This document shows, piece by piece, positions 8,208 to 20,400 of a stretch of DNA of 36,254 nt. Position numbers and translations under genes: made by a program. Source of the stretch: an uncultured Eubacteriales bacterium. Lineage in GTDB: Bacteria > Bacillota > Clostridia > Monoglobales > Monoglobaceae. The notes beneath the pieces were generated by a model. The model had not been told where the DNA came from and did no database searches. It was given only the letters and a program-made list of their open reading frames with translations. The DNA lies in NCBI GenBank assembly GCA_958346135.1, contig CATVQN010000001.1:1-36254 (forward strand), read 5' to 3'. The number at the start of each line of letters is the position of its first letter. The first letter of the stretch is position 1.

Positions 8208-9233
8208 TCAAATTTGGGATTGCCTAATATAATTACACAGCGCAACAAAGTCAACATCTGGACTTTTACCCAAAATATTTTTCAAGCTTTCTTCCGCCTT
8301 TTTATGCAGCTCCGGCTTTTTCAGATCATCCAGCAGAAAGAAAATGTTGAGCCGCCTGCCAATCGTAAAAAGAAGTTTTTCATCCGGGGATAAAGACAAA
8401 AACCGATCAATCGCCGATAGCATTTCCTGTTTCTCTGTCCGCAAATTGCCCCGGACTTCCAGAAGAAGATTGATGATGTGTTCATTTACATAGTAGCTGT
8501 CCATCGCTTGTAACTGCTGCAAAAACATCTTTTGCTCTATTACAATTTCTTCTTCTGATTGCAAGGTGAAAGAGCCATCACGGACGAACTCCCCCAGCTT
8601 GGATTCCGGTTTAATACCCGTAGCATGGACACGGATAAAATCAGGCTGGATCACGTTCAATGCTTTTGCCGTCTGGATCGCATTTTCTTCCGATAACTCT
8701 TTACCGCCGATCCCAAGCAATATAAACTCTGACAAAATCATGTCAGCGTCTTTTGCCATGCAGCCACTTCGTACAACCGTATCTGAATCGAATCCTTTAT
8801 TTATTAGTCTCAATATCTGAGCTGAACCGGTTTCCATTCCGCAGTAGAGATGATTTAGTCCAGCTTGCCGGAGTATCTTTAACTCTGCTGGAGTTTTCCG
8901 AGTGATACTATCCGCACGGGCATAGGAAGTGATGTATTGAATGTCGGGGAAATACTGATTGATTGCGTCCAATATGCGAAGCAAATAATCTGTTTTTAAC
9001 ACCAGAGCATCCCCGTCCTGCAAGAAACAGGAATTGATTTTCTTGCCCTGATAAAACTGGGCTTGCTGTCTAATGTCCTCTATGGTTTCGTCGATGGGAC
9101 GCATGGAAAACTGCATGGATTTATAAAGCCCACAAAAATAGCACTTATTCCAATGACATCCTCTTGTAACTCGTATCAGTAGGCTATTACTCTCAGAGGG
9201 CGGGCGAATAGGCCCAATTTCTATATCTTTCAT
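8208..9233 (-). CDS. Radical SAM protein of unknown function
   Basis: GPIRPPSE..SLLIRVTRGC lead-in, CHWNKCYFC (CxxxCxxC-type), GMETGS. Confidence 0.9.
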   Translation of the reverse strand: MKDIEIGPIRPPSESNSLLIRVTRGCHWNKCYFCGLYKSMQFSMRPIDETIEDIRQQAQFYQGKKINSCFLQDGDALVLKTDYLLRILDAINQYFPDIQYITSYARADSITRKTPAELKILRQAGLNHLYCGMETGSAQILRLINKGFDSDTVVRSGCMAKDADMILSEFILLGIGGKELSEENAIQTAKALNVIQPDFIRVHATGIKPESKLGEFVRDGSFTLQSEEEIVIEQKMFLQQLQAMDSYYVNEHIINLLLEVRGNLRTEKQEMLSAIDRFLSLSPDEKLLFTIGRRLNIFFLLDDLKKPELHKKAEESLKNILGKSPDVDFVALCNYIRQSQI

Positions 9234-9290
9234 GAGTATATGTCCTTTCTATGTATTCATGTTTAGGGTATCATCCCGGACAAATCTAAA

Positions 9291-9335
9291 CAAGAATGTA
9301 CTTTTTTGAAAGGCACTATCCTTTTGGAAAGTAGC
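9291..9335. promoter_or_regulatory. Putative HxlR/DUF24-family operator, copy 2
   Basis: 29/31 identity of 9291-9321 to 7630-7660; same orientation relative to a minus-strand gene. Confidence 0.7.
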
Positions 9336-9373
9336 AAGATGCGGTACACGGGAGCAAATAACGAAAGATTTTG

Positions 9374-9530
9374 CAAGCAATGGAAAGGGATATCCTTTTG
9401 CCCTCCACCCCTTATGGGGCGGAGGGCAGAAGTTTATCCCTTTCCGCTTGTTGGGGAGTTCCCCAAGCCCCCGGCAGAGTGCTGGCGCAACTCTGACCGA
9501 ACACCACATAATTGTGGTGGCTACGCTTCG
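9374..9530. other. Candidate oriT region (cluster of inverted repeats next to relaxase gene)
   Basis: Long imperfect hairpin 9382-9445 containing TATCCTTTTGCCC, palindrome TTGGGGAGTTCCCCAA, CACCACATAATTGTGGTG hairpin; adjacent to MOBP relaxase. Confidence 0.5.
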
Positions 9531-9538
9531 CTTATAAA

Positions 9539-9583
9539 AGAAAAAACCGGAAGCTGGACACTATGCCACGGCTTCCGGTTTTC
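9539..9583 (-). terminator. Intrinsic terminator after relaxase
   Basis: AAAACCGGAAGC / GCTTCCGGTTTT stem with A-tract on left. Confidence 0.75.
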
Positions 9584-9591
9584 CTAATACC

Positions 9592-11013
9592 TTAGCGGTC
9601 TTGCTCCTGTTTTTTCTCTTGTTCCTGTTCTTTCTTTTCTTCCTGCTTAATCTGAAGCAGACTGTCCACATTTGACTTGACCGCCTGCAATTCCTGATTT
9701 TCCTGCCGCAGCCGCTTGAAATCCTCATAGGCTGCTTTTTTCTTTGCCAGCAGGTCGGTGTACTCCGCTTGCAGCACCTTAACCGTCGGCAGCTTCTTCA
9801 CGCCTTGGGCATCAAACGCCCGCTTCGCCGCTTCATGCAGAAGCAGATCCGTTTCATGGGCTGCCCTAAACGCCGGTTTATCCGCAGCTTTTGTTTTCCG
9901 GTAAGCCAGATAGGTATTCCGGGTCTTGGCATAGTTGATGATATGCGTCTTTAAGGCTGCGATCTGTTCCATACGATGTTCCATCTGCTTGATAGAGGTA
10001 GAAACCGCTTCAAAATCTGCCGAAGCCGTTTCTGCTTTGGATACCAGAACATCATACTCCGTGATACCATGCTCTGTAAGATAGTTGAGGGTTTTTGCGG
10101 CCTCTTTCAGATTGTGAATCTTCATCCACCGCTCCATGCCAGGGCCACGCCCTTGCAGGCGGGCCTGAATGTCCATAAGCAGATTGATACGGGTATCCTT
10201 TTCCAGATTGACTTTCTTTTTACGGCGGGGTAACTGGGTCTTTCCAATACGCTCTTGCAGGGCTTCCAGCGTGTAATCGGCTCCCAGTGTCCGGGAGCGG
10301 GTAAAACGCTCCTGTCCCTGGGCACGAAATTTCAGAATCTTTTTACTCTGGACGACCTCATAGCCCTCCTGCCGCATAGCTTCCAGAAATTCATCAAAAG
10401 TCTTAACCGCAGGCAGTATCCGGTCAATATTTTTCCGCAAGAGATTTTTCCAACTCTTGCCGTTTTTCTCTGCCGCCCACTCCGCATAGTGCTTGCCTTT
10501 TTCCTGGGGTTCTTCAATGATGTTCAAGCCAAATTCCTGGCATATCCGGTCATTGGCTTTCCGTAGAGGGAGAAAGCTGTTTTTCACATTGTTGAACTTG
10601 TGGGAGCAGTCCAGAGCGGTGCTGTTAAATTCGATGTGATTATGGATATGCTTCTTATCCACATGGGTCGCCACAATAAATTGATGTTCTCCACCAGTAA
10701 ACTCCAAAGCCAATTTATATCCCAGCTTATTGGCATCCTCCGGCGTGATGGTTCCCGGCTCAAAGGACTGGATAATCAGATAAGAAATCACATCCTGATC
10801 CGGGGCACGTTTGCGCCCGGTTGTAGCGGTATAAATCTGCTTGGACACCGCAAATTCCTGCCATGCCGTATCCGGGGAACACTGATAGCCAGTGACCAGT
10901 AAGCCGCCGTCTGTTTTCTCTGGATTCTTGTCATAGTCCAGCCGGTCTTTTAACACAGCGGCAATGCTGCGCCCCTCGCTGGCATGGCGGGGTTTGAGTT
11001 TTGAGATCGCCAT
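9592..11013 (-). CDS. MOBP-type relaxase/mobilisation nuclease (start moved to ATG 11013, 473 aa)
   Basis: LDYDKNPEKT (motif I Tyr), IQSFEPG, HQFIVATHVDKKHIHNHI (3H/HUH motif); GAAAGGAG RBS at 11021-11028. Confidence 0.92.
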   Translation of the reverse strand: MAISKLKPRHASEGRSIAAVLKDRLDYDKNPEKTDGGLLVTGYQCSPDTAWQEFAVSKQIYTATTGRKRAPDQDVISYLIIQSFEPGTITPEDANKLGYKLALEFTGGEHQFIVATHVDKKHIHNHIEFNSTALDCSHKFNNVKNSFLPLRKANDRICQEFGLNIIEEPQEKGKHYAEWAAEKNGKSWKNLLRKNIDRILPAVKTFDEFLEAMRQEGYEVVQSKKILKFRAQGQERFTRSRTLGADYTLEALQERIGKTQLPRRKKKVNLEKDTRINLLMDIQARLQGRGPGMERWMKIHNLKEAAKTLNYLTEHGITEYDVLVSKAETASADFEAVSTSIKQMEHRMEQIAALKTHIINYAKTRNTYLAYRKTKAADKPAFRAAHETDLLLHEAAKRAFDAQGVKKLPTVKVLQAEYTDLLAKKKAAYEDFKRLRQENQELQAVKSNVDSLLQIKQEEKKEQEQEKKQEQDR

Positions 11014-11032
11014 ACAGCGGCTCCTTTCTGTC

Positions 11033-11072
11033 AAAAGTAAGGGCACGGCAGCTTGAAAATACTGCCGTGCCC
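11033..11072 (-). terminator. Intrinsic terminator-like hairpin between mobC and relaxase
   Basis: GGGCACGGCAG / CTGCCGTGCCC 11-bp stem followed on minus strand by TTACTTTT. Confidence 0.6.
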
Positions 11073-11158
11073 GGTTGGGGTTATGCTGTTAAATTGCCTT
11101 TCGCATACTGTTTATATCGTCTACTTGTTCTGTCAGCCAGACAGCCGCCCCCGGCGGT

Positions 11159-11497
11159 TCACAAATCCTCAAACTTGGAGAGCAGGGAGCTGAACGCTCC
11201 CCACAGTTCTCCGTATCTGGTTTTTAAATCTGCGATGTCCTCCCCATACAGATTGCCGGTGCTGTTCACACGCCTTGCGATCTGGTTCAAATTGTTGGAG
11301 CAGGTGCGCAGCAGGGCGGCCAGTTCCTTAACGTCTGTCATATCTACCCGGACAACGTAGCCGTCCACCGCCATTTTTCTGAGGTACGCCCTCTGGTTGT
11401 GCGTGCCGAGCAGTTCCATCTTTTTGTCAATAATCTCTTTTTCTTCGGGCGATACCTTGAAATACAAGGGAATGGTGCGCCCACTGCGTGGATTCAT
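11159..11497 (-). CDS. mobC: MobC relaxosome accessory protein
   Basis: RHH-like N-terminus, YLRKMAVDGY, NNLNQIARRVN; TAATG overlap with helicase stop. Confidence 0.92.
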   Translation of the reverse strand: MNPRSGRTIPLYFKVSPEEKEIIDKKMELLGTHNQRAYLRKMAVDGYVVRVDMTDVKELAALLRTCSNNLNQIARRVNSTGNLYGEDIADLKTRYGELWGAFSSLLSKFEDL

Positions 11498-14400
11498 TAA
11501 ATTGCCACCTCCATTTCTTTATCTTTCTTTGGTGCTGCACTGGCGGCGGACTCCACACCCATACGGCGCAAAAGCCGCTTGATGGAAGTCTTGCCGTCAT
11601 GCTTTTGCCGTTCCCGGCTGTTTGGTTTGTCTTTGCCGCCGATATTTAACGCCACATTTAAGGCAGCCAGCCGCTCCGATTTTTCCGCAAGCTCCGCTTC
11701 CTGGGGGAATGGACGCTTGACCTCAACCTTGGCGTCCTCCATCTGCTGGAGTAGGTTTCCAAGAACCGTCTGATGCTGTTTCAGGTTATCCCGCATTCCC
11801 TCCAGCACATTGTCCATACGGGTAATGTTGCCAAAGGGGTCGCTGCCCGGTTCAAAGGTGTGGGAGCGTGTATGCTTCAAAGTAATCTGAAGTTTCGGAG
11901 ATAGGCCGCTGTCGGATACCCATAACGTCATGGGAAAACCACGATATTCGCCCAGTTCCACCTTGTCGCTCAAATCTTTCAGGCTTTCAAATGCAGCGAT
12001 GATCGCCTGACCTGCTTCTTTCTTCTCGGTGTAAGTAGTGCCCCTGACCGTCATGGAAAAATGCTCCTTGTCCGGCGGCGTATGGGCTTCCAAGTGCCGG
12101 ATGTCTGTCTCCAGGTCAGCAATCGTTTCCTGTTCCCGTTTGATTGCCTGGGGATAGAACTTAATCAGGTTATCCTCCAGGGCATACCTCTGGCTTTCAT
12201 GGTTGGCTTTTAACAGCTTTAGCTTCGTGACCTGCCCATCCAGTTCGGTCTTTTCCATAATCCTGGGGTCGCCGGATGCCAGCGCCTTGACTTCTGCATA
12301 GGAAAGAGCAGCTTCGTCCACATCCTCGCAAGAGCGGGATGGGTTTTTGCCGCTCATAAGCTGGCCGATGAATTTCTGTTTGTTCTCAATCAGCCCCCAG
12401 TTATAAGCATCAAAGGTTCCCTCGGTCACATACTTAAAGATCTTGACGCTCTTAAACTGGTTGCCCTGGCGCAGAATACGCCCTTCTCGCTGTTCGATAT
12501 CCGCAGGCCGCCACGGACAGTCCAAATGGTGGAGCGCCGCAAGCCGTGTCTGGACATTGGTGCCAGCCCCCATCTTGGAGGTGGAGCCTAAGAGGACACG
12601 CACCTGTCCTTTCCGTACTTTGGAAAAAAGCTCCGCTTTCTGAACGTCGGTCTTTGCGTCATGGATAAAAGCAATCTGTTCCGGCGGAACGCCCTGCGCC
12701 ATCAGCTTCTGTTTGATGTCATCGTACACATTAAAGGAATTATCCCCGTGGGGTGTGGAAAGGTCGCAGAAAACAAGCTGGGCACCTTTCTGGGGTTCCG
12801 TATCCCGCCAGACTTTTAGCACATTTCCCACACAGGCATTGACTTTGCTTTCCGGGTCGTCAGGCAGTTCAGGATATGCCAGACGCTGATCCAGCGCCAG
12901 CTTCCTGCCGTCCGATGTAATCTTGAGCATATTGTCCTCCCTGGGGTCCACTAAGCGGTTTCTTACATCCTCCGCACGTTCTCCCAGTTCAGCAACCAGC
13001 TCTTTTTGAAATTCGCTGGGCTTTGTAACTACCGTGATATTTTCCGATGCCGGAACCGGCAGCTTTAACATTTCAGCAGTCTGGATGTCCGCCGCCTCTT
13101 TCCACATGGCCATCAGTTCCGGCAGGTTGAAAAACTTGGCAAACCGGGTCTTGGCACGGAAACCGCCGCCCTCCGGTGCCAGCTCCAGCGCCGTGACCGT
13201 TTCGCCAAATGCTGCCGCCCAGCTATCAAAGTGGTCAAGGCCGGTTTCTTTTAACAGGTCATATTGCAGGTAGCGCATCATGGTGTAAAGTTCCACCATG
13301 CTGTTGCTGACCGGGGTTCCGGTGGCAAACACCACGCCTTTCCCTCCGGTCAGATCGTCCAGATACCGGCACTTGGCAAACATATCGCTGGATTTCTGAG
13401 CTTCGGACTGCCCGATGCCGGCAACATTCCGCATTTTTGTTGTGAGGAAAAGATTTTTGAATCCGTGTGCCTCGTCCACAAACAACTTATCCACGCCCAG
13501 TTCCTCAAAAGTGACCACATCATCCTTGCGGCTCTGGTCATTTAGCTTTTCCAGTTTCGCCTGCAAGGATTTCCGGGATTTTTCAAGCTGTTTGATGGTG
13601 TAGCGTTCGCCGTTCTGGGCTTTGGCTTCCTCAATGCCGTCAATCACCTGGTCAATCTGCTCCCGCAGGATTGCTTTCTGCCGCTCCGGGGAGAGGGGGA
13701 TTTTCTCAAACTGGGAATGCCCGATCACCACCGCATCATAATCGCCGGTGGCAATCCGGGAACAAAATTTCTTCCGGTTCTGGGGTTCAAAGTCTTTCTT
13801 TGTGGCAACCAGCACTTTGGCACCGGGATAGAGCCGCAGAAAATCTGCGCCCCATTGTTCCGTCAGGTGGTTGGGAACCACCACAAGGTTTTTCCGGCAT
13901 AAGCCCAGCCGTTTGCCCTCCATAGCCGCCGCAATAATCTCAAAGGTCTTGCCAGCGCCCACACAGTGGGCAAGCAGGCTGTTCCCGCCGTAAAGCATCC
14001 GGGCAACGGCATTCTGCTGGTGAGGGCGCAGCTTGATTTCCGGTGTCATACCGGTAAAGCGGATATGGCTGCCGTCATATTCACGGGGTTTGATGCTGTT
14101 GAAGATCTCATTGTATTTTTGGCACAGCGCTTCCCGGCGCTCCGGGTCTTTCCATATCCAGGATTTAAAGGCTTCCCGCACCATTTCCTGTTTCTGCTGG
14201 GCCAGCATGGTTTCTTTCGTGTTGAGGACACGCTTTTCCGTGCCGTCTGCATCGTGGATGGTGTCATAAACCCGGCAGTCCCGCAGATTTAAGCTGTCCT
14301 CAATGATGGCATAGGCGTTCTTGCGCTTGGTTCCGTAGGTCACATAGGCAAGGGTATTGTTCGTACTGTCACGGGTCTTACCGCTGATGTTCCACTCGCC

Positions 14401-17400
14401 GGTGGCAGCGGAATACCGTGCGGCAATGGTATCGCCCCTGAGATAACCGGGGGTCTTTAAAAGTTCATAGGTAAACTGGGTGTAATACTTCGGGTCAATC
14501 CAGGTTGCGCCGATCCGCACATCAATCTCAGCCGCAGAGAGGTCTTTGGGCTGTGACTGCTCCAGCGCAGATACGTTAACCGCATACGCCGGGTCATGTT
14601 CTGCCGCAGCCCTGGCAGCCGCCAGTTTCTTCCGCACGTTGCCGGAAAGGTACTCGTCAGCGTTTTCCCAGCCCTCCAGCGGATGATCCAGCCCTTTTTC
14701 CGGGTTCTTAAAGATCACGCCGGAGAGTTCCTTGGCAATCTCCAGTTCCTCGCCGGGGCGGTCTAATATCTCCGCCATAAAGGAAAGGTCAACCCCGGCC
14801 CGCTCCCCAATGGACACCGCCAGGGCTTCCACCGGGGTATCCACATGGTTAATGCGCTTTTCCTGGTTGATGGTGCGCTTGGAGAACATATCCGCTTTGC
14901 GCTCCAGGTTCCTGTCCTCGTCCAGCACTTCCAGGGAACATAACAGGCAGTAGGAGCTGTCCTGCTCAAACGCACGCTTGTTGCCGGTGCTGTTGAGAAG
15001 CCCCCATTTTGCGGTGAAGCTGTCATAAGCCGAGTTCAGCCGTGTCTGAAGCTGTGCAATCTGCGCATCGGAACCGCCGTTTAGCTGGGTTTCAATTAAG
15101 TTCCGGGTAATGTCCCGCAGGGCGATCATGCCCCGGATGCGTTCCTCCGTGGCAGCCGGGACTTCGACCGGAATCAGCCCGCCATCTTCCTTGTAGTAAA
15201 GTTTTCCGTTTGCTTCGGTGTAACTGAAATTGCGGACTTCGGCAGGGGCGTCCAGGGGTTCGGCTTCCTGCTCCGGTGCAGCCGCTTCCCGCATCAGCAG
15301 GGCTTTGTCCGGTGCGCTTAAATTTGCCACCGCAGCGGCAAGCTGTTCTTTCAAGTCGGCATCCGGCAGCGGCTTGCAGGCGGTTTCCTGCCCGTAGGGG
15401 CCGCCTTCCCATACCATAGAACCCAGAACCATTTCCGGGTGCTGTTCAAAATATTTGTTGACGGGAATGCCGGCAGCGGTCTGGGAAACGTCTACCCAGT
15501 CCGGCATCTGTTCCGGCGGAGCGGCCCGTTTCTGCAAAAAGATGATGTCGCTGGTCACTTCCGTACCGGCATTTTTAAACGCATTGTCCGGCAGGCGGAC
15601 AGCGCCCAAAAGGTCGGCTCTCTCTGCCAGGTATTCCCGGACGGCGGTGTTCGGCTTATCCAGTGTGCCTTTTGATGTGATAAATGCCACGATACCGCCT
15701 GGACGCACTTTATCCAACGTCTTTCCAAAGAAATAATCGTGGATGAAAAAGTGCTGCTTATCATACCGGGCGTCGGCTATCTGGTAGTTGCCAAAGGGCA
15801 CGTTGCCCACCGCCAGGTCAAACCGGTTATCGGCAAAGTTGACACGCTCGAACCCGTCCACTGTGATATGCGCCTGGGGATAAAGCTGCTTGGCGATCCT
15901 GCCCGTGATGGAATCCAGTTCCACGCCGTAAAGGGCAGTATCTTTCATGGAATCCGGCACCATGCCAAAAAAATTGCCGGTGCCCATCGCAGGCTCCAGC
16001 ATGGTTTTTGGTTCTAAGCCCATCTGCTCCACGGCATGATAAATGCTTTCAATGATGACCGGTGCGGTGTAATGGGCGTTTAGGGTCGAACCTCTGGCGG
16101 CTTCATATTCAGCCGGGGTTAAAAGCCCTTTCAGTTCGGCATATTCTGTTTTCCACTTTTCATCGGAACCGTCAAACGCCTGGGGAATGCCGCCCCAGCC
16201 CACATAACGGGACAGGGTTTCCTGTTCCTCCGGCGTGGCATTTCGGCCACCGGCTTCCAGTTCCTTTAACAGCCGGATGGCCGCCACATTCGCCTGATAC
16301 TTTGCTTTCGGGCCGCCCACTCCCAGATCGGGAGCAGTAATGCGGAAATTTTCTGCTTTGGGCGGTTGGGGCTGCACAGGTGCTGCCGGTTCGGACGGCT
16401 CCGACAGCGGAGCGCCGGATGCAGCCAGTTCTTCCAGTTCCTTGTCCTGGGCGTCTTTGACCAGTTCCCGGACGTAAGACACCGGCTCATTCCTGAAAAC
16501 CGGGAATCCGGTTCCGGCAGCAAAGGTATCATCCCGCAGGCTGACCGAGCCGAAATCATAGTCTACGCTGTCAATGGTAAAAGTGCGCCCCTCGTCTGTG
16601 ACCTGCATCCCGATGGGGATATAGTCTGCAATCTCCAGGACTTTCTGGACTTCGTAGGTTTCTCCCTCCGGGCGGGCAAACAGGGCGCTGTTTCCGTGCT
16701 GGAGCAGCTTTTCCCCCAATGCCTGCCAGCTTGCGGCAGAGCCGGTGACGGCAGTTTCCCCAAGTCCCGGAATCTCCCTGGTAACGATCTTGCTCCCCAG
16801 GGCTTTGGCGGCAGTTTCCGCATCCTTGCCATAGAACAGATACAGATCATCCACTCGGACACCTGCCACATGGCCGGGGTATTCTGCTTTGAGCTTTAAG
16901 TATTCTTCGGTCAGCGGCGTAAGGTTCGGCTCCGGCTGGGGGCTTTCTTCCTCTGACGGTGCGCCCGCACGGGTTTCCCTGTCAGTACGTTCCGGCTGGG
17001 GCAGGGTACTTTCCTGTCCGGCTTCCTTTAAGGTCAGTGTGCGCCCCAGGGCGGTATAAGTTTCGCCGTTATCCTGGAAGAACACCGCAGGCAGGCCCGC
17101 CGTCTGTAACCGGTCAGCGGCTTCCTGCCAGCCCTCCCGGATACCTGCCACGGTCACTTCGCCTATTCCCGGCAGATCAACCGGCAGAAGCCAGGATACC
17201 GGCACCGCTTCAAAGGCAGTCCGGGCATCTTCACCGTAAAACAGGCAATACCCGCCGTTTTGGATACCGACCAATTCTTTCGGGTGCTTTTCTTTTAAGG
17301 CGTTGTAGGCATCCACATGGGGTAAAAGGGTTGTAGAGCCAGACGTTTCAGCCGGTTCTTCCGGTTCTGTCTTTCCCGTTACCCACGCAGGAGCATCGGG

Positions 17401-20400
17401 GTCATTTTCGTGCTGTTCCACGCTGGTACGGCGATCCGTTACCATATCCTGATAAGTACGCTCTAAAATATCGTCGATTAAGTATTCCCTGAAATCCGGC
17501 AGCGTGGTGTAGGCTTCATAAAGGGCGGGACGGCTGTCTTTCAGACCGGACAGCAGTTCGTCCAGTTTTGCTGAAAGTTCTTCCTGGGCATCCAGCACAT
17601 CTGTATCCCGGTCACGCAGGAAAGGATAGATCTCACTCTGTTCGATCAATCCGATCAGTTCCGGCAGCGCCGCTTCATAAAGCCGTTTCGGGGTAAGGGC
17701 TGCCTGTTCCGTTGCCTGGGCAAGCACTTCCTTGTGCAGACGGTTATGGAAAGCGGACACATCAAAATAGGCTTTGGTCAGTTCCACATCGTCCACGGCA
17801 AGCACCGCCCGCCTGATAGCGACGTCGCACTCGATTTTGATATTTTCCTCATCGGAATTTTCCAGGGCGTTGGCAAAGGCGTTATCCTGTAAGACCTGGG
17901 CTAAGACCACGGGCTGGAATTGCTCATAAATATCCCGGACAGTGCGCTTTGCCGGTTCCGGCTCCAGGGCGGCCTCCGCTTCGTCACGCTCCAGCATAGA
18001 CCGGGTGTGGTCTGCCAGTTCCTCCGGCTTCGGGGTTTCACTTCCCAATTCCTCAAAAGCGTCATTCAAATATTCTTCAGAAACCACAAGCCCTTGTTTA
18101 TCCAACAGTTCCTGTGCCTGTAAAATGATTTTCTCACGGGAGGATGGAGCATCCGGTTTTTCCGGTTCCGTCTGCACCGCACTTTCCGAAAAATCAAAGG
18201 AAAGCTGTTCCGGTTCGTCCGCTTTTGCCGTTTTGCGGCTCTGGCTCTTTAACCGCCGCAGGGCAGACTGGGCGGCATCCAGGGGCTTTTGTTCCCGGCT
18301 GGCTTTCGGCTGTTTCGCCGGTGCCGCCTTTTGGGGCATATCCGCCGCCCTTTGGATCAGCGAATAGGAGCCGTCTTTGTAAGCGGAAAGCCTGTCATAC
18401 GCCCTGGTGCAGACTTCATAGCCATACTGTTTGGGTGTCAGGGACTGCAAGCCGTCTTTCATCACAGACAGCAGGCCGTCCACCTGCGCCGGATTATCAA
18501 GCATGGGGCGAACCTGCTTCCAGCCATCAAAGAATCCCTCCACCTGATAAGGACGCTGTTCTTTGGCTGCATAGTGGAAAAAGGAATCCACATCACGGGA
18601 GAGGATAAAACGCTCATATTCCGGGAACCGTGCCTTATCGTCCGGGGTAAGGAACCGCCCACTTTCCATAAGCTGATGGATATGGCGCTCGGCCTGGTTC
18701 CAGTTCAAAGAAGTTTCCGCATAAGGCTTCCCATAGCTGCGCTTGATCTTCATGCCTTTGGCATCATGCCAGGTATCACGGATAGAACTGCCACTGCCGC
18801 CAGTGCCAAAAGACTCTTTCAGATAATCCTGTCTTTCTTTGCGGTCTGTGTGATTCTGGAAAAACACATACGCCGCCAGCTTGCTGTCCGAATAGCCGCC
18901 GCCAGGGGCAAGCACCTCATTGATTTCGTCTTCTGTAATGAAAGTGGGGCGTTCTTCCTTGAACTGCCCATCCAGGGGAAAGACTTCTGCCGGGATCTGC
19001 GCCTGCTCAAGCCGGTGCAAAATGGCGTTGGGGCGGTGAAAATGGAACCGCAGGATTTCCCGGTTCTCCTGGTAAGCATCGCAGAAGCCCTCCATTTCTT
19101 TTACAACAGCCGCCAACTGCTCCGGGGATTGCAGCAGCTTTTCTAACTTAGCCGTATCCTCCGGGAAACCGCCCCTCTGCATATAGACTCCATCCACAGT
19201 GGGGAGAAGTCCGGCTTCCTTTGCCCCATCGCCAAAATCCTGCCTAAGATACCAAAGCTGCGCCGCCAGTTCTTTAAATTCATTCCCTTTGACCCGGCCT
19301 GCCTGTTCCGCAGAAAGATATTTGCCGGTTTCCACCAGCCTGCGGATACGGCTTTCTACCTCCGTCCAGGACAGGCGCAGGCTCTCTTTGTCATAGCGGG
19401 CACTTTTGCCGCTGTTGATAGAAAGCCCGTTTTCATCAAACCAGACCGCATAGGGAGTGCCGTCTATGGTAAAGCCACGCCCGCCGGTGCCGAACTCTTT
19501 GCGTAAGGATACCGCCATTTCTCCCGCAGGAGCGCCAGCCTGATACTGGGCATAAATACGGAGCGCACCGGCAGGCTCGTTGGTTCCGGCAGACAAAATC
19601 CGCTCGACTGCCTGCTCCGGCACCATGCCCACAGAAAAAGCGGGGGCGCTTGCCTCCGCTTGTGACTGGGCGATCTGTTCAATCTGTTCCTCCACGGTGG
19701 GGAACAGGGACATTTGTGTAAAAGTTGGGTTGGCATCGGAATAGGGGCCGTCCATCTCCACAGACGATAAGACGGCAGGCTCGCCGCCTGCCGTCCGGGT
19801 GTCTGTATTTAACTGTAAATCAGGTCTGCCATCACGATCTCCTCGGCTCTCTGCCGGATGTTGTTCATCCGCTGTACCCATTCCATCTGGTTGGCTGCTT
19901 TCAGTTCCTCCGTCACGCCCTCGCTCATCGCCAGTTCCGCCATCACGCTCTCTACCTGCTGGTTCGCCGCCTGGTCGATCTCCGTCAGATGTGCCCACAG
20001 GGTTCCTTTCAACAGCATCGCCGTGTAAGCCGCTTTCCGGTGTTCCATCAGATATTTCTCCCTCGCCCTGCCGTACCGGGTCAGGGTTTCCGGTTCGTTC
20101 TTCCTGCTGTCCATCACGATGTTCGGAATCTGATAACCGTTCCGGTTGGTGTATGTCAATTCGCTCATCTTCGCCACTCCTTTCACGCTTTAAAGTGTTA
20201 AACTGTTCATCTTTATTATAGGACACATCCGGCTGTTTGGCAAGGCTTTTTTTCGCCTGTCTGACCTGTTCCAGTTGGATATTTTTTACCGCCTCACCGA
20301 TCTCCATTAAAATGGTGCGGTTGGCTTCGGCGGTGGCAGTGCCCAGGCAGGCCAGGGTGCCCACGTTGTTAAAGTTCGTGATGCCCCGCAGATCGTCTGC

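Noticed and set aside
9249..9587. ORFs 9249-9509 (-) and 9306-9587 (+)
   Set aside because: They run across the operator and hairpin cluster with no RBS or motifs; region is better explained as non-coding
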